The notes beneath the pieces were generated by a model that was given only the letters and a program-made list of their open reading frames with translations, had not been told where the DNA came from and did no database searches. Shown here one piece after another: positions 14,409 to 27,244 of a stretch of 64,000 bases of DNA. This stretch comes from Camelus dromedarius (lineage: Eukaryota). The stretch's first letter is position 1. The number at the start of each line of letters is the position of its first letter. A program made the position numbers and the translations under genes. Location: NCBI RefSeq assembly GCF_036321535.1, contig NC_087436.1, forward strand, positions 34,164,001 through 34,228,000. Direction: 5' to 3'.

Positions 14409-15879
14409 GATGTCCCCAATTTTTACAACCATAAATGCCATATAGTGGATAGCCAATAAATATTGACTGAATGAATTTATTGCCACTCTCAGATTGGTTA
14501 GAACTCAGTAATTATCTCTTTGATTTAGCCACATCTTAGCTCAGGATGGAATTATGTCCTATTCTTGAGGTTTTGCGGTGATTTCTTCTTGGCTTCTTGT
14601 TTTGCTGCTTTGTACCTTCCTTACAGGATCATTTCACTCCAGATGCTTTATCCTTCCTGGTAAACTCACCAGCCCAGCACTGTCAGCTGTTACTCCCGGA
14701 CATATGTGGACTTTTGACTTTTCCACTCCACTCAAGGATGTGTGTATATGTAGGGGTTGGAGTTGGAGAGATTAGGAAGTAATCATATGCTCTCCATCTG
14801 CTCAACCTTGTCAACTATTAATTTACTCAAATTTTCCTATACCAGTTAATAAACGGAGAATCCTGCAAGGCAGACTCCTCCCAGAGTCCCATGTGGGAAA
14901 TCCTGTTTTTGGCTTACCCCTCAACCTTTCCCAGGCCTTGCTCTAGGATTCCAGACTGTGAATGAGGAGGCACATGGGAGTTTTATCCTCTCTCTGTTTC
15001 TGCTTCCATTTTTGACCCTCTTTTCCTCCCTATAATTCCACTGGACTGGAAGTTTGGGTTTTTCGTATTCCTTCATATCAAAAGCTGAGTTCTCTCTCAT
15101 ATAGTAGGATTTTTTCCCAGCTTTTGACATGTTAAATAGAATACAAGTAACAAAAAAAATCATTATCTTTTCAATGAAACTTGGGAACTATTTTCATTTT
15201 ATGGACTCTAGAAAGTCCCTTTGAGACTCCAAGCTCATCATGGACATCTCTTCCCACGCCAGGTGAGTCCACTCTACTTTTCTGAGCAAACAAAATGCTA
15301 ATCAAAGGCCATGAAAGGATATGAATCAGGAAGAAAAGGAAATGTATTTTTATTCCTATTACCCCCATTGTGTATATTTAATTGGAGTGTAAAAATTCTC
15401 ACCAATACTCCCCTTTCTTGCCTATTATGAAGTTTATGTACCCGACATCCATAGAAAATGAATGATCTGAAGAACAATCTCTGATGATGACTGAAAAAAT
15501 ACAATTAGGATGCAAAGTATAAATTTCAGTCCTTTTCAAAGTAGGAAATAAACTAATATTTATTCAGTATGTCTTTCATTTCAGTAAGTTTTAGATATGG
15601 TATAAAACGCCTAATAAAACATTCTCACTAACGTGATAGAATAGAGTCCCTCAAACTTGGTGTTGTTGTAAGTCTTTTTGCTGAATCACTAAGCAACTTC
15701 TTGTAAAACCAGCCATCTTTGTTTCTGTTGTCTCTTAACTACGGATACACTCGTACTCCCTTTATCTTCAGCCCATGAAGACATTTTTACACAATTCCCT
15801 TAATATCCACCCCCCGCCCCCACGTCTCAATTTTACTGTCTTTATTTGTCTTCTCCTTTTTGCCTCAAGGGAAAAAATG

Positions 15880-16250
15880 GCCTTCTTTCTCCAGTTAGTC
15901 TTTGCAGCAGAGTTCTGAATCTGATTACCTTAATCTCTTCTAACACTTGGATCCTTCTCTTCCTTGCTTACTTCTGTCTCTTCACTGTCTCTTCCCTGAC
16001 ACTGTACACCTGTCTTTGACTGGACTATTCTATCACAGCATCCTTCCTGTCATTCTCCATTTGACTGGACTACTTTTCCTAGCATTATTCCCTCTCTCTG
16101 CATTTTCACTGACCTCCATGTCAAAAGAGCTGTCTACATTGCCAACAGCTCAAATATCCAGTCGCTTCTTGAATTCACGTTGGTGTTTCTGCTCCACCTT
16201 TTTACTCCCAGGCATTCGGTACACTATCTTCAAAGTTGTGTAATAAATCA
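15880..16250 (+). mobile_element. L2 LINE internal fragment
   Basis: Pyrimidine-rich L2-like text, e.g. aaaagagctgtctacattgcc...tttctgctccacc. Confidence 0.45.
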
Positions 16251-18394
16251 TTTGGAGACCCAATAAGGAACACAGAGGCAAGGGCTCCTTCAAGAGGATA
16301 GAGCTACAGGATGTCTGTCCTTGTATAAGTCTCCCACGTGGTTCTAAGAAATATCAAAATTTAAGGACCATTGTGCTAGTGATTTTTAAGATCACAACTT
16401 CCTAACCTCGAGAGTATGTGATTTTTTGACCAGTCCACCTTTCAGAACTGTCTCTCTCTTCTTTCCTTCTCTTATAGAGGGCTCTTCTGGATCTGACCTC
16501 TTGGGCAGTCTTACCCCCAGTAAAACCTCAGGAAATGTTTGTTGAAATGAACTGTGTAAACAAATGCTTTATGAGAAACCTGGTCTTTAGTCTGCTTTGC
16601 CCTAACTCAAATTACATTTCTTTTAGAAATTAGCCTAAGGTTATTACTTTTTTAGAATAACAATCCAGGTTTTGTCTTTCAGTTCTACAAGCAAATCACT
16701 TAAAATAAAAATCCACATACTAATAACAGTTATTTTCCTGACCAGACCATGTTCATACTAGCATTTAGGAGTAGGAACTTAAATGATGACAAATTTACCT
16801 AAGGAAAACTTATTTTAATATAATTCTGTAACACTTTATTGCTACTTTGTTGGTGACTGGATGAAGAATGCAGAATGTGGCTCTGATTCCCAAATTACAT
16901 TTCTAATTCTAGGGCATATTCAACCAATGAAATAGAGTTTTTAGTTTAAATTTCAGAACATATTGAAATATTTGATAGAAAATTGAGTTTTGGGGGCCTA
17001 TGGCTCTGTTCCCCTCAGAGGATCCTAATTGAAGCCAAATTCTAATGAAGCTAATAAAAATTTAGTAGATTGATAGTTGATTGCAAGAATACATTTGTTG
17101 CCAACTTACTAAAATTAATCTGTTCCATATGTAAAAACAGCATATGAGGCCATTCTTCTTCTCTTTGACGCATGTTATTTTAGCTTGAATACCTACCTTA
17201 GGATCCAAGTACCCTTACAAGACTGTCTTCCCTGCAATTGCTGGTGATAATCCGCCCATGGATTTCCATGGCTGTGCAGGGCTCCGTGTATTTGAGGCCT
17301 CCTGTATATGTGAGCACACACCTGTGTATTCACACACACATACTCCCATTAACAGATCACATGCATGTAGGTCTAAATGTAACTAAGGTAGATCAGTGTT
17401 AAGCTGAGATGTTGAAGCCTACATAAATCAGAAGATTCAAAAGTTAGGTTCTCACAGCAACTTGAAACTAGCCCTGGTGTTCTGTGCTGTGACAGGGTTT
17501 TTCCATTACACAATCGGATAACCCTGTATACTGTGACATAAATATTTGGCAGATCTTCACTTTGCAAACATACATTTACTGTGTCATGTTGTATAACAGG
17601 CTTCTATAATGTGGATGATACGAAAAATAGAAGTTCTTGGTTTTATGCATTAGGTGTAAATATTTTGCTTATGAGACATGCATTAATTTTGAAGGCATAC
17701 CAATATAAAGAATTGCTCTTTAAAAGATAGCATTTTGTTTTAACAGTGTGTTGCTGATATCAACAAAAAGGACAAACATTGAAAGATTAATTAATAATCA
17801 CAAATGATGAATGAGGCATACATTTGGTAAATATAGGATAAACAATATCTCTTTGCTCATAAAAAGTTTTATTTTTCGTTTATAATCTTATAAAAAGTTA
17901 GATACTCAGTAATACCGTAAGGTAAAGGAAAAGATTTTAAGGGTAGGGAATAAAAAAATGAATGTAAATCTTAGACATAAACTTGTTAAAATTCTTATTA
18001 TTTATGTATCACATTGCATATTTTAAGTAAATGACAAATAATATTTTATTGTTGTTTCATGTATATTTTATAATAAAAATACAAATATTCACAAAAAATA
18101 TGAACTACCCATTAAATGTAACTATTTAAATGTCTTGTAGATTGTTATCAAGTTGCATAAGAAAAAATTGCAGTGAAATGGAGTTTGTTAGTTGTTTATT
18201 GTCTTAACAAGGCTAAATCATAGTATAGAAAACTGCTCAAATTATTAACCCACAAGTTAATTTAATTTAATTTAATATAATACCAATTACACATCAAACA
18301 ATACATAATTACTGGCTCTAGATTCATAGCAAGTAAGAGGGAACGCCTTATTAAGTCATGCAGTCTTCTCATAGTCTAACCAGTTTGGTCTTTA

Positions 18395-18535
18395 AACCAG
18401 TTATTGACTCAGTGAATGGCCGTTACGAGTCCCCTGTGCCAGGCACTCTGCGAGACCAGGGGAGTCTGGGGGGACTTACATAGACATGGGCACTTCTTTC
18501 TCAGTATTTTCTGTCCAGCGGGGAGGACAGAGATT
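18395..18535 (-). mobile_element. L2 3' fragment
   Basis: tgtgccaggcactctgcgagaccagggga...gacatgggcacttctttctcagtattttctgtccagcggggaggacaga. Confidence 0.6.
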
Positions 18536-18594
18536 CAAAATGTCCCTTTGCTTCTTTGAAAACATATTTATTTCTATTGTTCATACTAGAATCT

Positions 18595-18765
18595 GTACAG
18601 CTTATATTTGTTGAAAGTTTGTCCCAGGAATCATATTGCAGATTTTATATGTATTAATTTGCTCACTCTTCACAATGATACAATGGGGTAGGTAGTATTA
18701 TTCACATATTATAGAGGAGGAAACTGAGAAGCAGAGGTCTACTGTAGAATGCGTAAGGTCACAAA
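18595..18765 (-). mobile_element. MIR SINE
   Basis: tcttcacaatgatacaatggggtaggtagtattattcacatattatagaggaggaaactgagaagcagagg...aaggtcaca. Confidence 0.85.
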
Positions 18766-19030
18766 AAGTTATATGGAGTTCATTTATGTGCAATACCTAG
18801 AAACAAAAATTAATCTGTGTGTATAGAAACCATTAAATTACAAAAAAATAGTAACACCAACATTCAAAATATGTATTATAAAATAGTAGTGGCTTTTTTA
18901 CTATTAAATATTCACAAAAAATCATTTTAACCAAGGGTTAAATGTTCCCATTTAGAATAGTCACTAAGGTATATAAAATATAATTTTTAAATGAAAAAAT
19001 ACAAAAATTGTACTTTCATTTTTAAAATTT

Positions 19031-19652
19031 ATTTATTTTTTTTAACATTTTTTACTGAGTTATTGTCAGTTTACAATGTTGTGTCAATTTCCAGTGTACA
19101 GGACAGTTTTTCAGTTATACATGAACATACATATATTCATTGTTGCATTCTTTATTGCTGTGAGCTACCACAAGACCTTGTATATATTTCCCTGTGCTAT
19201 ACAGTGTAATCTTATTTATCTATTCTACATATGCCTGTCAGTATCTACAAATTTCAAACTCCCAGTCTATCCCTTCCCACCCTCCTCCCCCTTGGCAACC
19301 ACAAGTTTGTATTCTATGTCTATGAGTCTGTTTCTGTTTTGTATTTATGTTCTTTTTTTTTTAGATTCCACATATGAGCGATCTCATATGGTATTTTTCT
19401 CTTTCTGGCTTACTTCACTTAGAATAACGTTCTCCAGGGACATCCATGTTGCTGCAAATGGCATTATGTTGTCATTTTATAGCTGTATAGTATTCCATTG
19501 TATAAATATACCACATCTTCTCTATCCAGTCATCTGTTGATGGACATTTAGGCTGTTTCCATGTCTTGGCTATTGTGAATAGTGCTGCTATGAACACTGG
19601 GGTGCAGGTGTCTTTTTGAAGTAGGGTTCCTTCTGCATATATGCCCAGGAGC
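19031..19652 (-). mobile_element. Young 5'-truncated LINE-1 (ORF2 C-terminus, 3'UTR, poly(A)); camelid-type by recall
   Basis: ORF 19472..19756(-) contains QKDTCTPVFIAALFTIAKTWKQPKCPSTDDWIEKMWYIYTMEYYTAIK. T-rich tail at the left end. Possible short TSD AAATTT at 19025-19030 and 19653-19658. Confidence 0.95.
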
Positions 19653-20469
19653 AAATTTGAATGTTTAAAATTGTATTCTATAGGAACTGAAACTAGTTTA
19701 TACAACTTTTTTTTTGTTATAGTTAATGGTATATGATTATCAACCTTCAGATTCATGTTGGTAGATTTGAGTTAAAAAGTTATTATTTATGAGGCATTAT
19801 CTGATGTGAAATATTACACAATAAAATCTTGTTTTAAATATGGCTTGGTTATCTTTACAGCAAATTCCTTCATATAGTTCTGACACTCATTAATCACTCT
19901 TTGTTATTCAACTTTATATATATATTTTTAAATAATATATTTAATTGTAATTTTTTCTGGTATCTGCAAACCACTTAAAAAATGCAACAAATTTCTATTC
20001 TTGAAAAGCTTTGGCAAAAAAGAAAGACAATTTTTAATAGATTTTTATAAACTTAATATATAACCAAGTTACTTTGAAACTATGAGTAAAAAGATCTTTT
20101 TCATAGATGGAAAATTATCTAAACTGTATGAAACAAAGAAGAGAAGTAAGCAAGAACTTGTCTTGATATATATTCCTCAAATATCTTCCACACTTGGATA
20201 CTGAATCTGATTTTATTTAAGATTTTTATAAGTATTCTGAAAGAGCCCCCCACAAAACCTATTCATCTGTAGAAAGTGCATTTCTAGATATTTAAATGCA
20301 AACCAATGGAAAGAAATGATAGATTTTTGATCAGATGAGTGATTTCCCTAGTGATGCTCTGCCCTTTCACAAGTCAGTGCATTTCTAGCCAGCAAAATTG
20401 CTATAAAATAAGATTGAAATATGTCAAAGTATATATATTTTAATAATTTATTAAATATCATTATTTCAC

Positions 20470-21700
20470 AATTATTAAATAATATTTATCAACTGTTTAT
20501 TATGTGCAACATGCTATTCTACATTATATTAAGATAATACCAAAAAAATTGAGACAGTCTTTAACCTGAAGAAATATGTGATCTAAGGAGGTAATATCAC
20601 TAGTAGAGAGAGGACCGTCATATTACGAGGAGTTTTAAAACTGTAATCAGGACGTTTAAGACTTCAGAGACAATTCCTCAGGGGCTACTGGAAGAAGTAG
20701 GAAGGTGTAAAGGAAAGGAGAGGATACTATAAGGACCCTACCCACACTTCCACCCTAATGATCAGGTAGTTACATGAAAACGAATGGAATACTTTGAAGG
20801 TTGATTTGAAAGTAGAAGGCAAATTTGAAATACTATAGTTGGGTTTTTTGAACCCCCAAAATATATCAGTAAAGTATAGTGAGACTACTGGTGCTACTGC
20901 TGCTGCTACTATGGCTGCTAATAGCAGTAATAAGAGTAATAATAATTTTAATAAAAATGAGTAAATGCCTACATAGTCCTTACTATATTAGAACAGGAAA
21001 CTTATTAGGAGCTTCTTGAATGTCAGGGTTAGTGGGTTTGTGTTTAAATCAATAAAATTGGCCAGCTGTTAGGCCATTATGAACAGAGAACTACGAAGTT
21101 CACTTAAGAAAAGATTAATCTGTAAGATTTGAGTAACATAAATTAACATTGAGGGAAAACAGGAGAGAGACAAGTCAGGCATTTCTTGCAGTGAATAATC
21201 ATCTGTCTTACAGAGATGGTGGACAGTCACAATAAAACAGATGTAATATATGTGAGAAACGTGGGAATTAATATCTAGTATCTGACAGTAAATTAGATGT
21301 GGGAATAAGAAAGCAAAGGCAGGAATCTTTGGTTACTCTGAATTTTCCTGCCTGCGATGTGGGAAAATGGAGTCAGGGTAGAGCAGACTGTAGAGGGAAC
21401 GTAACACTTTACAATCACTTTTGAAAACTAAAGCTTTAGTAATGCTTATAGCCATAGCAGCAGATGGTTCTGTGAGGGAGATAATGTAGACAGGAAAACA
21501 AGGGAAGATCAAAATAACCAATTTGCCCAGCTTCAGGGTCTAAGAGAGAAACAAAGGCCAAGTGTTACAGAGAGCACATGAATGTTTAGAATTGAGGTGA
21601 GATTGTTTTTGACTTTTGAAAGAGCAAATTCATTTGCCGGAGGGAGAAGTCATTAAAAGGCAGTAGAAATAATGATATGTGTTTCTCAAATATTCAGAAC
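20470..21700 (-). mobile_element. Scattered, highly degraded L2 fragments
   Basis: aatatttatcaactgtttattatgtgcaacatgct (L2 terminus) and purine-rich L2-like text such as aattagatgtgggaataagaaagcaaaggcaggaatc. Confidence 0.45.
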
Positions 21701-21984
21701 TGTCTGTAGGCTACAGAACATTTTAGGACTTCATCATGTGGACTTAAAAATATACCCCTACATTAATTTACACTCAGTTTCAAGCATTACACAAGCATGA
21801 CTGCTTTAAATTTCCTAAAACTGTCTATCAATAGCCTATCTGTGTAATACCTTTCCTTATTAACATCTTGTCACATCTTTATAAAGCTCACACACACACA
21901 CATACACAAAAAAAACTGTCTCTGGTTCATCATCCTTTTTTTTCTCCCTTGTAACTGACATTTAATTGTTCAATTAATAAGTGA

Positions 21985-22560
21985 CTAGATCGGGTGTCAT
22001 CATTTTAACCATAAATACATCAATAAGCATGTTTAATGGATATGATATTTTTAATCTTAACCAACAAAATTAAAATTAGCCCCTCAGTATTAAAATATCT
22101 TTGTGCTGTGATATTTTTAAATCAGGATTTCAATGAGGTCTATTTTGCAATTTCTTGGCATATCTCTCAAATCTGTTTTCATGGTAATTATTGTTTTTGC
22201 AATTGCATCATTTGTTCTGGAAATTTTCAACATTCTGCATTTGGCTGGATGTGTCCCCCTGGTGTCATTTAACATGTTTTTCCATCTCCTGTATTTCCTG
22301 CACACTGGTAGTTAGCTCTAAATATTGATTATATTTAAATCTTCTTTTTTCTTTTCCTTTTTTTGGCAAGACTATTTCAAAGGTATTGTTGTGCACTTCC
22401 AATTACATTTCCGTCAGGAAGACTATAATATCTGTCTGAATCACTTGAGCTCACTTTTCGAGGTCCAGTCCTCGTTTTCCCATAGTAGGTGGTACATTCC
22501 GGAGTTCTCTCACCACTCCTCTGAACACACATGGCTCCTAACCAGTGACTCATTTTGCCA
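21985..22560 (-). mobile_element. Old LINE-1 3' region (L1MC5-like)
   Basis: cattctgcatttggctggatgtgtccccctggtgtcatttaacatgtttttccatctcctgtatttcctgcacactggtagttag...ttttggcaagactatttca. Confidence 0.75.
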
Positions 22561-22799
22561 ATTAAAACTATTTGTATGTGCATATTCTGCTGTCTTGATT
22601 ATAAGTTTTTCCATCGTTGTGACCATGCATTCACCATCTTTGTATCTTCTGTGTCTAATATTGGGTATTACATACCACAAGGCTTGATTGGGATAAAAAT
22701 TTGGGCTGTATCCATATAATGCTTAACACTATTATGTATTCCAAAGGATGCTAACAATTGCATATGAATTACATTAAATATGCTTATATGATTTGTTTA

Positions 22800-23872
22800 C
22801 TCTTCACCACCTAACTTTCCAACATTATTTCAGGCTATACACTCTTGCCCAGGAGGCACCAGTCACACTAGTCTCCTCTTAGGCTCTAGAGCTTTGTAAT
22901 AGTCTTCCTATTGCTGCTGTAACAAAATATCATGATTTAATGGCTTAAAACGGTACACAGTTATTGTCTCATATTTTCCATGGGCAGGAGTCCAGGTATG
23001 GTTTATCCAGGTCCTCTGCTCTGGTCTCACAGGCTGAAATCAAGGTGGTCACTAGGGTTGTGATCCTCATCTGAGGCCAATGATCCTTTCCCAAGCTCAC
23101 TGATGATGGGCAGATTCATTCCCCAGTGATTGTAGGACCAGGTTCCCTGTTTCCTGGCTTGCTGTGGACTAAAGCTTGCTGTCAGCTTCCAGAGGTCCCC
23201 CCTCTTCCTCTGGCAGTTAGAACTTACTCTTGTGCTTTCTTCCTCAAGGCCAGCAAGCTCATCCCTCTGACTTCTGCCACCAGCCAGAGAAAACCTTCAG
23301 CTTTTCAAGGGCTCACCTAGATTATTTTTGTATTTTAAGATTAAATCACCTGGAACTTCCATTTCATCTGAAAAAATCCCAATCCTAGCAGTTGCCAGAT
23401 TAGTGTTCACTTGGATAAATAGGGCATGGGGATTTTGGCTCTGGGCCGTCTTCTGATTCTGCCACCACAAGTTTATCAAGCAAAACTTTTCCTTCGAATC
23501 TCTTCTGCCTATTTGTCCCGTCTCCTTGAGTGCCCACCCAAGCTCTTTTCACATTTGGTTCTTTCTCTTCCTTCAGTCCCAGCATGAACATCACTTCTTC
23601 AGAGAGGTCTTCCTTGATTACCTTATCTGAGTAAGTACCCAACCTGAAACTTTATTTTCCCATCACAACATTCTTTCTTTCCTTCATAATGGTAATCACA
23701 GTCTTGTTTATTTCACTGATGCATCTGCCCACTTGTTTATTGTCCCTCTCTCCCACTGGAATATAGAACCTGTGAGACAGGAAAACATGTATTCCTCATT
23801 AGAACTCCGAAACCTAGCTGAGTACATGGCATCTAATAGGTGCTTGTGAATTATCTTTCATTGAATGAATAA
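22800..23872 (+). mobile_element. L2 3' portion, split by the MLT1 LTR
   Basis: catcacttcttcagagaggtcttccttgattacc...ttgtttattgtccctctctcccactggaatatagaacctgtgag...ttgaatgaataaa terminus; L2-like text also lies left of the LTR. Confidence 0.85.
22895..23469 (-). mobile_element. Complete MaLR solo LTR (MLT1E-like) inserted in an L2
   Basis: TG...CA termini (tgtaatagtcttcctattgctgctgtaacaa ... ttctgccaccaca). Flanking 5-mers AGCTT (22890-22894) and AGTTT (23470-23474) fit a 5-bp TSD with one mismatch. Confidence 0.9.
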
Positions 23873-24016
23873 AGTCTCTGACTATGTAAATAAATATGTA
23901 ACACAAAATGAATGCTCTGAAAAATAATCAATTGCTGCTCACAATGTAAAACACTTAAATAAATGGAACTGTGAAGTCCTTGAAATTGAATTTCTGCTTC
24001 TCTTATCTCAAAAGTA

Positions 24017-24178
24017 TCTGTATAGCATGGGGAACTATATTCAATATCTTGCAGTAACCTATAATGAAAAAGAATATGAAAATGAATATAGGTCTATATA
24101 TATATATATGACTTAAACATTATGCTGTACTCCAGAAATGGATACATTGTAACTGACTATACTTCAATTTAAAAAAAA
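24017..24178 (+). mobile_element. Short young LINE-1 3' end
   Basis: ctgtatagcatggggaactatattcaatatcttgcagtaacctataatgaaaaagaatatg...gactatacttcaatttaaaaaaaa; same family as 40013 and 43986. Confidence 0.92.
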
Positions 24179-25285
24179 CTTTAACTACAAAAGCAAACCT
24201 ACAACTTCATAGAAGAAAAATTCCAAGGTGAAAAAAAGAGAAAAGTACTAAGTTGTATTATGAGTTCTTGATAAACGGCCAGATGAATCTCTTCTGGTAA
24301 CAAACACACTTCTGAGGCTTTCTTTTGCTTGGAAAAGATGATGCATTAAAACAGTGCAATGGTTACGAGTGGGAAATTAGGGAAGGAAGCCATATTTTTT
24401 AAAGCTGGTGACACTGTTATTTCCATTTTCAATCAGAGGGTGGGATTTTCACACTCCCGTAATCTTGTTCTTTAAAAATGCTTTTAGCATTTTGCATTTA
24501 GCAGAGTAGAATGTTGGAACCAAGCACTCCTCTGTGCTTTTTTCGGTCTTCTAACCAAAGAATTGGACAAATTAAAGGTCCAGCTTTTGGTGGTGTACTA
24601 TTGACTGTTCATTTGTCTCCTCCCTTTCAGAGAAGTATGCTTAAATGATTTACTACATTTCACAATGAACCCTGAAGCTTATTTTGCTTTCTGCAATTTC
24701 ACAATTATTTAACAAATCATATCTTCACTATAATTCAAAGGCTCATGAATAAAAGACGTGTCTTTCTGGCTCTTTTACTCCTTGTTCTTCATCATCAGAT
24801 CCCTGAAGCTTACAAGTGTTTTCTATAGTCCTTCCTTCTATCAGGATATTTGAAAGGGCCATTGTATTGTACCCCAACCCACCCACACTGCTCCGGTTTC
24901 CTGTGTGGCTCTGGCAGCCCCGTTTCCTTCTCAGACAACTTCTTCCATGCCCCCGGCAGTGGGAGGCCTGGTATCTTAGGGGGCTGGCTTGTGCCTCCCT
25001 CAACCATCTGAATTAATAAACTGCATTACTTGTAATGAGAAGTCTACCCTAAGAGTTTTTCCCTCTTTGTCTTATTCATCTCTGCTACCACCAAAATTTC
25101 AAACCTAGCTCTTCTTTCTCCCTTATTTTTTAATATTACTTTCCCCGACTCCTTGTCCTTTACCTGGAATGAGGGGTATACATTTACTATTCGATGTAGA
25201 TAATTTTCTCCACGTTTCTTACTAGCTTGGATTCCCTTCCTCCAGTGGAATGGAGTAACCAGGTGCTCAGAGGAGTAAAAGTGAT

Positions 25286-25351
25286 CACTGTGTTGTACAC
25301 CTGAAACTAATATAATATTGTAAGTCAATTATAATTCAGTTAAAAAATAAA
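25286..25351 (+). mobile_element. About 66-bp LINE-1 3' terminus with TSD
   Basis: cactgtgttgtacacctgaaactaatataatattgtaagtcaattataattcagttaaaaaataaa, flanked by TAAAAGTGAT at 25276-25285 and 25352-25361. Confidence 0.88.
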
Positions 25352-26084
25352 TAAAAGTGATTATAGTGAGCAGGGAAGTATGGAAACTAAAGGCTGAAAT
25401 TTTGCAAATGTAGTGTTTTTTTTTACAAATTCACAGTTCTCTTTCAAGATGTGAAGTTTCATCATTTTAATTAAGAAGAAATATACACATATCAGATGTA
25501 ACATGCACATTTTAAATTATGAGCTAATAATTGTGATAAAATTAACATGATATATTGCTGATTGGGTATTTAAAAGAAAAAATATAAGAAAAACCATATG
25601 CTATTAAAAGAGTTTCTGATCATTCAATCATGAGTATGATTGAAGATAAAATGAGAACAGTCATCCCTAGTGATGAGGATAATTTATAGTTTAATACTAC
25701 AGATTTCAGAAAAATTAACTGAAAAACCTAACACTTTTGTAGGTTTATTAACTCCCAGAATCCATAAGGGTAATTTAAATTTCGATGAAGAACTTTTTGC
25801 ACTGTACAAAGTGTCAAAATAATGAATTAATATTCCACATTGCCTTTATCTGTTGCTTTAGTCATCTTACAAAATGTTAAGAATCTTTATATTCCCGGGC
25901 TTGGGCTACATCCACGATCTGATGTATGGGCCAGAACAAATAGAATTAACACATAGATACTGGGTCATTCAAAGTAAAATGAAAAATTCTGGAATGGAGA
26001 AGGAGAATCTTCTAAACTATTTAACAACATTTAGAATTTACTTAATCTGTAGTAAATTATCAATGTATAGGTTAGGTCTATACA

Positions 26085-26300
26085 AAGTCCTAAGTATTTT
26101 ATAAGTGGATTACAACTATACATTGCTTTATCAACGCAATAATTCCATGAACTAATTTTCATAATTATCACCATTTTTCAAAGAATGAAACTGAGGATGG
26201 AGGAGTTAAATAATTTGCCCAGTGTTACTAATCCAGAAAGCAGTAATCCCAGAAATTGAACATAGAGAATTTGACTCCAAAGCCCCAAATCAACTATGAT
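26085..26300 (-). mobile_element. MIR SINE
   Basis: caccatttttcaaagaatgaaactgaggatggaggagttaaataatttgcccagtgttac...tgactccaaagccc. Confidence 0.85.
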
Positions 26301-26384
26301 GTTCTGCACACTGTCTCTAGGTTATGTTTCCCTCCTCCAACATGTGCGTGCGCACGTGCGCACACACACACACACTTAATTGTT

Positions 26385-26565
26385 TTCAGAAATATGTTTG
26401 CCCACTATACATGCTGCTATATTACACATTTGTATTTTTATCTTCCCAGTAATACCATGAAAGAAGTATCATTTTTTTCCATTTTATAATTGTGAAAGTA
26501 AAATTTGGAAAGATGAATTAATTTGTCTTGATCACAGAATAGAGAGCCATGAAATAAACCCATGC
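26385..26565 (-). mobile_element. MIR SINE (degraded)
   Basis: tttatcttcccagtaataccatgaaagaagtatcatttttttccattttataattgtgaaagt...tcttgatcacag. Confidence 0.6.
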
Positions 26566-26571
26566 TTAATA

Positions 26572-26760
26572 ACGGTCAGTTAATTTATGACAACGTAGCC
26601 AAGAACATATAATGGGGAGAGATAGTCTCCTCAATAAATGGTATTGGGAAAACTGGACAGTCACATGCAAAAGAATGAAACTGGACCTATCTTATACCAT
26701 GCACAAAAATTAACTCAGAATGTGTTAAAGCCTTGAATATAAGACCTGAAACCATAAAAC
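26572..26760 (+). mobile_element. Isolated LINE-1 ORF2 internal fragment
   Basis: Reads approximately [56 protein letters not shown] with frameshifts; L1 ORF2 downstream of RT. Confidence 0.9.
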
Positions 26761-26784
26761 CATTGTTTCCTCCTCTACATATAG

Positions 26785-26985
26785 TAAAAAATCACCATGT
26801 GCCTCCCTTTAAAAGGATACATTTGATTGCATTTAGGGTGTCCACATAGATAATTCAGAGTAATTCCTCATTGCAAAATCCTTAATTTAATCATATATGC
26901 CAAGACTCTTTTTTGCCACATACAGTAAGTAACATTTACAGGCTCCAAGAATTAGGAAATGGATATAGTTTTTCAGCCATCACAT
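26785..26985 (-). mobile_element. Truncated MLT1 LTR (MLT1C/D-like)
   Basis: aaggatacatttgattgcatttagggtgtccacatagataattcag...aaaatccttaatttaatcatatatgccaagactc...cagccatcaca. Confidence 0.8.
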
Positions 26986-27244
26986 ACTCCAGTTCAAACT
27001 TAGTAATATTTTCACCATAATTACCATGTTTTTTTGAACTCCAGGAAAAGAGAAAGTTTACTTCTTTGCAAGACTAATCCTAATACCTGTAATAGTGATC
27101 TCACGTCCTCTGGTTTCACCCCAAGACCTTGTCCCATCAAGTATCCCCTTGTTCTTTTGTATCAATCTCTTCTCCCACATAGGCTCCTTCCTTCAAGCGT
27201 AATATCATGTGTAAATCTCCCCTGCCTCATTTTCCAAATATATA

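Noticed and set aside
19076..19540. 154-aa ORF, the longest in the track
   Set aside because: Antisense reading of the L1 3' end; not a gene
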